From assembly GCF_011386835.1 (NCBI RefSeq), contig NC_088807.1, forward strand, positions 25,482,001-25,546,000: a stretch of DNA of 64,000 nucleotides, in the 5' to 3' direction. Under the pieces are notes generated by a model. That model had not been told where the DNA came from, searched no databases, and saw only the letters and a program-made list of their open reading frames with translations. The DNA is from Chrysemys picta bellii (taxonomy: Eukaryota). Positions within the stretch are counted from its first letter, which is position 1. Each line of letters begins with the position of its first letter. A program made the translations under genes and the position numbers. Below, piece by piece: positions 59,614-64,000 of this stretch.

Positions 59614-62600
59614 TCAGGCCACCACGCAGCTCCTGTCCCGAGCCCCCCGCAGCCCCTGGCGCCTTTTTCCCCCTCCCTGCCGGGGGGGTCCCGCCTCAGC
59701 GGCCGGAGGGGGGCTGGCCCCGCCCCGCAGGTGGGGAGGCAGGGGGATGGGCTCCCCGAGGAAGTAGCCTTCCTCCTCCGAGTCCGAGGAGGAAGAGGAG
59801 GAGGAGGAGTCGTGCCAGGGGCCGCCGCGGCCCCGGAGGTAGCGGCGCCGGTGGCTGGGGGGGAAGGCCCCCTCCGAGGCCGAATAGACCAAGCGCCGCC
59901 CCCCCCGGCCCTGCTCCTCCGGGGGGAGCCCCCCGCCAGGCTCCTCCTCCCCGCCAGGTGCAGGGCGTTGTCGGAGGAGGAGCAGGGCCGGGCGCGGGGC
60001 CGGCGCCGATGCAGTTGGGCGCTGCGGGACCCCCCCGGCTCGCCCGCCACCAGGGGCTCGCGGAAGCTCACTCGGGGGGCGGCACCCCGGGGGAAGCCTC
60101 CCTCCCCCGCTGCCGCCCCCCCGCCCTCCAGGGCGGGCCCCAGGCTAAGCCGGGGGGAGACCGAGAGCTTGGAGACGGAGCTGCTGGTCCAGTCGGCCCC
60201 CTTTGCCGGGGCCAGGCCTAGCTCGGGCATGGAGTGTCGGTGGGGGACGCCGCGGTGGAAATGGGACGTGGAACCTGGGGGGGAGAGAGACGGGGCGGGG
60301 GGTTAGAGACAGGAGCTGCCATGCCGCCCACCTCCCCCCCCACCGCTGGGATCCCCCCCCCATCTGTGCACCCCCCGCTGCCCCCCTCCGGGATTGCTCC
60401 CCAGTCTCACCTCCTTCCTCCTCCTCCGGGGGTCGTGGGCAGGTGGAGGTGCCCCGTGAGGTGCATCCGGCCGGCTCGCCCCCCTCCTCCGCCCCGGGGG
60501 TCCCGCTCCAGCTGCGCCGCCCGCCAGGGTCCGAGCCCCGGGCTGGGGCAGGGCGGCTGGCGAAGGAGATGGAGCGGGCGACAGGCGGGCGGCGGAGGGG
60601 GGCCCGGCGCCCGTCCTGGGGGCGGGGGCCGTGGAGGGCGGAGTCGCAGGAGTCCGAGGCGCTGGCCTCGTCCCCCCCCAGGCTGCAGCCGCGGGAGCAG
60701 AAGATCTGCCCCCCCTTGGGGAGGAAGGGTTTGCCCAGCAGTGGCAGCCGGCAGCGGGTGCAGCAGAAGCAGGTGTCGGTGGCGTGCCAGTGCTGGCCCT
60801 CGTAGGTCATCTGGCCCTGGTTGATGCCTGCGGGGGGCAGAGATGGGGGCACAATGTCACCCAGGACTCCAGGGTTCTATTCCAGCTCTGGGAGGGCGAG
60901 AGGGGGCTGGAACGGGGGGTGGGGCTGGGAGCCAGGACTCCTCGGTTCTATTCTGATGCCTGGGTGCTCCCTACAACCCCCCGCCCCCACTTTCCGGGCA
61001 CCTGCTTTCCTGCTTCATGAGTCCCCGGACACCTGGGTCCCTCTGCTGCCTAGGTGCTCCCTCCTTTTCAATTGCCTGGAGCCGGGGACCCCCTGCTGCC
61101 CGGACGCCTGGGTCCTCCACTCTTTATTGTTCCCGGATACCAAGTCTCCCCACTCTCCACAGTCCCTGGATGCATGTCCCCCTGCTGGCCTAGACACTGG
61201 GGTGCCCTGCTCTCCAGGTCCCCAGACAGCAGGACCCCCTGCTACCCAGATGCCGGGATCCCCCCGCTCTTCGTGGTCCCCAGATGCCGAGTCCCTCTGC
61301 TGCCTAGACACCAGGTCCCCCCGCTCTCCACGGTTCCCGTACACCAGGTCCCCCCACAGCCCGGTGTAGCCCATGGGGTTACTTTCCTAGCTTCCTATAT
61401 TATATAATCGGTTTGATCAATTATATGATTTTGGTGTTTCCATTTCAGCAGCCATTATCTCGTTCTACTCGGCTGTAACGCAAGGAACCTGCAGGCCTGT
61501 ATCCTGTCTGATTAGCTAGAGTGAGTTAGCACACGTGTCTGTAATCTTTGGCCTAGATAGCTGCGGCCCACCGGTTACCCCTTGTGACTCTGAATGGGGA
61601 ACCAAGTGTGTTTACCCAAACTCTGGGACGGACCGGTAACCGCAAGGGCATAGAAGTAACGGCTCAGGCCAAAGGAAACGCTTTCGAGAACGAGCTAATC
61701 GAGATGAATGCGCAGGACTATGTGAGAACGTGCCAGCCCATGGAGTAAGCGTCCCCTATCCAGCTCAGATTTGAGCATGGACGGCCGGGCACAGGTTCAA
61801 ATATTCTGGATACTGCCAGGACGCCGTAAGGGAGCGAAGCGCCAGATGCTCTAGAGCGGACGACGTCTTTGGGGCGCTGTGATTCGGGAGCTTTGGTTAC
61901 TCGCTCGTTTGGTTGAATGGACTGAACTCGCTTCACTAATTCTGTAGCCTGATTTTGGGACAGTATCTGCTGGTCAGATCACTGGCGAGCCTATGATAAA
62001 TCAGGCCCCATATAATCAGGGGTTAACATCGGACGCCGGGGTCCGCCTGTTCTCCATGGTCCCCAGGTCCCCCCGCTGCCCGGACGCCGGGGTCCCCCGC
62101 TCTCCACAGTCTCCAGACCCCGGGTCCCCCCGCTGCCCGGACGCCGGGGTCCCCCCGCTCTCCACAGTCTCCAGACCCCGGGTCCCCCCGCTGCCCAGAC
62201 GCTGGGGTCTCCCCGCTCTCCATGGCTCCCAGACACCAGCTCCCCCTGCTACCCGGACGCCGGCGTCTGCCTCTTCTCCACGGTCCCCGGACCCTGGGTC
62301 CCGCCACTTCCCGGATGCCAGGGTCCCCCCACTCTCCATGGCTCCCAGACACCAGCTCCCCCTGCTGCCTGGATGCCGGCCTGTTCTCCACGGTCCCCAC
62401 ATGCTGGGTCCCCCCACTGGCCGGATGCTGAGGTAACCCCGCTCTCCACGGTCCCCAGAACCCAGGTCCCCCCGCTGCCCGTACGCCGGGGTCCCCCCGC
62501 TCTCCACGGTCCCCAGACCCCGGGTCCCCCCGCTGCCCAGACGCCAGGGTCCCCCCCGCTCTCCACGGTCCCCAGACCCCGGGTCCCCCCGCTGCCCCGG

Positions 62601-63407
62601 ACCCCGGGTCCCCCCCGCTCTCCACGGTCCCCAGACCCCGGGTCCCCCCGCTGCCCGGACGACGGGGTCCCCCCGCTCTCCAGACCCCGGGTCCCCCCAC
62701 TCTCCACGTTCCCCAGACCCCGGGTCCCCTCACTGCCCAGACGCCAGGGTCTCCCCGCTCTCCACGGTCCCCAGACCCTGGGTCCCCCCGCTGCCCGGAC
62801 GCCGGGGTCCCCCTACCGATGGGCTCCCCGCAGGCGTCACAGTACTCGGCGTAGAGGGCCTGGTAGCAGCGGCAGCAGTAGGGGCGGCTCTGACGCATGA
62901 CGTAACGCTGCCCCGCCCAGCGCCTCCTCGCACTCGAAGCAGCAGAAATGGCGCATGTTGCCAGTGACGGCCCTCGGCCTCCGTGCACTCGTCGGCAAAG
63001 ATGATCTGGAGGGAGATGGAGGCACGTCCCTCTGACCCCCTGTGGGGACCCCCTCAGATTCCCCCCCAGGCCACCCTCCCGGACCCCACAATCCCAACCA
63101 CAGAGAACCCGTCTGGACCATCAGATCCCCCGCACCGACCCCCTGATTCCCCCACCACGCTCCTGCCCCCTCCAGAGCCCCACCGCCGGCCCCCCGCCCT
63201 CACCTCGTCACAGGCCTGGCAGCGGGGTTTGAGGTGCTCGGCGTGGTGCCGCCCGCAGTAGATCTTCCCCTCCTGGTAGAAGTAGATGAGATCCACCAGC
63301 AGCTCCTGGCAGGTCGTGCACTGGAAGCACTGGGGGTGCCAGCAGGCCCCGTGCCCCGCCCGGCTGGCAAACACCGCGATGTCCCCGCCACGGATCTGCT
63401 TCCCGCA
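59614..63407 (-). CDS. PRICKLE3: PRICKLE3 copy 2, exons 6-9 (window ends in intron 5); apparent frameshifts
   Basis: Exons 63204-63407, 62817-63005 (189 nt vs 187; extra T at about 62958 and extra C at about 62911), 60411-60827, 59614-60274 (661 nt vs 662; one C missing at about 59950). Confidence 0.88.
61365..62028. mobile_element. Probable solo LTR, copy 2
   Basis: Same TG...CA block and CCGG/TCGG flanks as 24387-25048. Confidence 0.65.
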
Positions 63408-64000
63408 CTGCCCCGCAGAGAGAGAGAGAGAGACCGGTCACAGGGAGCCAGGCACCTGGCCTGTCCCCTCTGGGGGGGCGCCGGCTCCCACCAGCCCCAG
63501 GGCAGGGACTGGCTGGCTCAGGGGGGCAGGGAATGGGACAGGGGCCTGTCCCCTCTGGGGGGCGCCAGCTCCCACCAGCCCCAGGGCAGGGACTGGCTGG
63601 CTCAGGGGGCTGGGAATGGGGTCTGGGGCCTGTCCCCTCTGGGGGGCGCCGGCTCCCATCAGCCCCAGGGCAGGGACTGGCAGCTCAGGGGGGCAGGGAA
63701 TGGGGCAGGGGACTATCCCCTCTGGGGGGCGCCGGCTCCATCGGCCCCAGGGCAGGGACTGGATGGCTCAGGGGGCTGGGAACGGGGTTTGGGGCCTGTC
63801 CCCTCTGGGGGGCACCGGGTCTCATCCGGCCCCAGGGCAGGGACTGGCTGGCTCAGGGGGGCGGGGAATGGGGCAGGGGCCTGTCCCCTCTAGGGGGCGC
63901 CGGCTCCCATCGGCCCCAGGGCAGGGACTGGCAGCTCAGGGGGCTGGGAACGGGGTCTGGGGCCTGTCCCCTCTGGGGGGGACCGGCTCCCACCCGGCCC

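Larger units (their letters stand above)
40481..64000 (+). repeat. Second copy of about 4934-26900 (haplotig or segmental duplication)
   Basis: Same genes, same transposon insertions at the same sites and same VNTR loci; roughly 1-2% substitutions by eye in the Penelope-like segment. Confidence 0.95.

Noticed and set aside
59614-63407. PRICKLE3 copy 2 as a pseudogene
   Set aside because: Lesions are single-base indels, mostly in homopolymer runs, with no premature stops from substitution seen. Copy 1 has similar slips in MAGIX (about 2330) and ALAS2 (about 38785), so sequencing error is more likely.

Overview
Very GC-rich vertebrate DNA, most likely from a turtle (inferred from the CR1, Penelope-like and hAT repeat types). 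Two 500-N gaps (388-887, 39981-40480) split it into three contigs. The middle contig carries the 3' end of MAGIX (+), complete PLP2 (+, 5 exons), complete PRICKLE3 (-, 9 exons) and the 5' half of ALAS2 (+), which has a canonical iron-responsive element and lies head-to-head with PRICKLE3. After the second gap, 40481-64000 is a near-identical second copy of about 4934-26900 (MAGIX last exon, PLP2, PRICKLE3 exons 6-9). This is probably an uncollapsed haplotig rather than a true duplication. Introns and intergenic DNA are mostly G/C-skewed minisatellites, which explain nearly all the long Gly/Pro/Arg ORFs in the track. Mobile elements: a dead Penelope-like element with a degenerate hammerhead ribozyme and a nested hAT MITE, a solo LTR, and two CR1 LINEs. 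The most unusual signals are (1) a strand-specific array of 34 exact AGGTCA hexamers filling about 1 kb of the PRICKLE3 3' UTR and (2) a MAGIX cassette exon that would create a stop codon across the last splice junction. No CRISPR array, tRNA or rRNA was seen.
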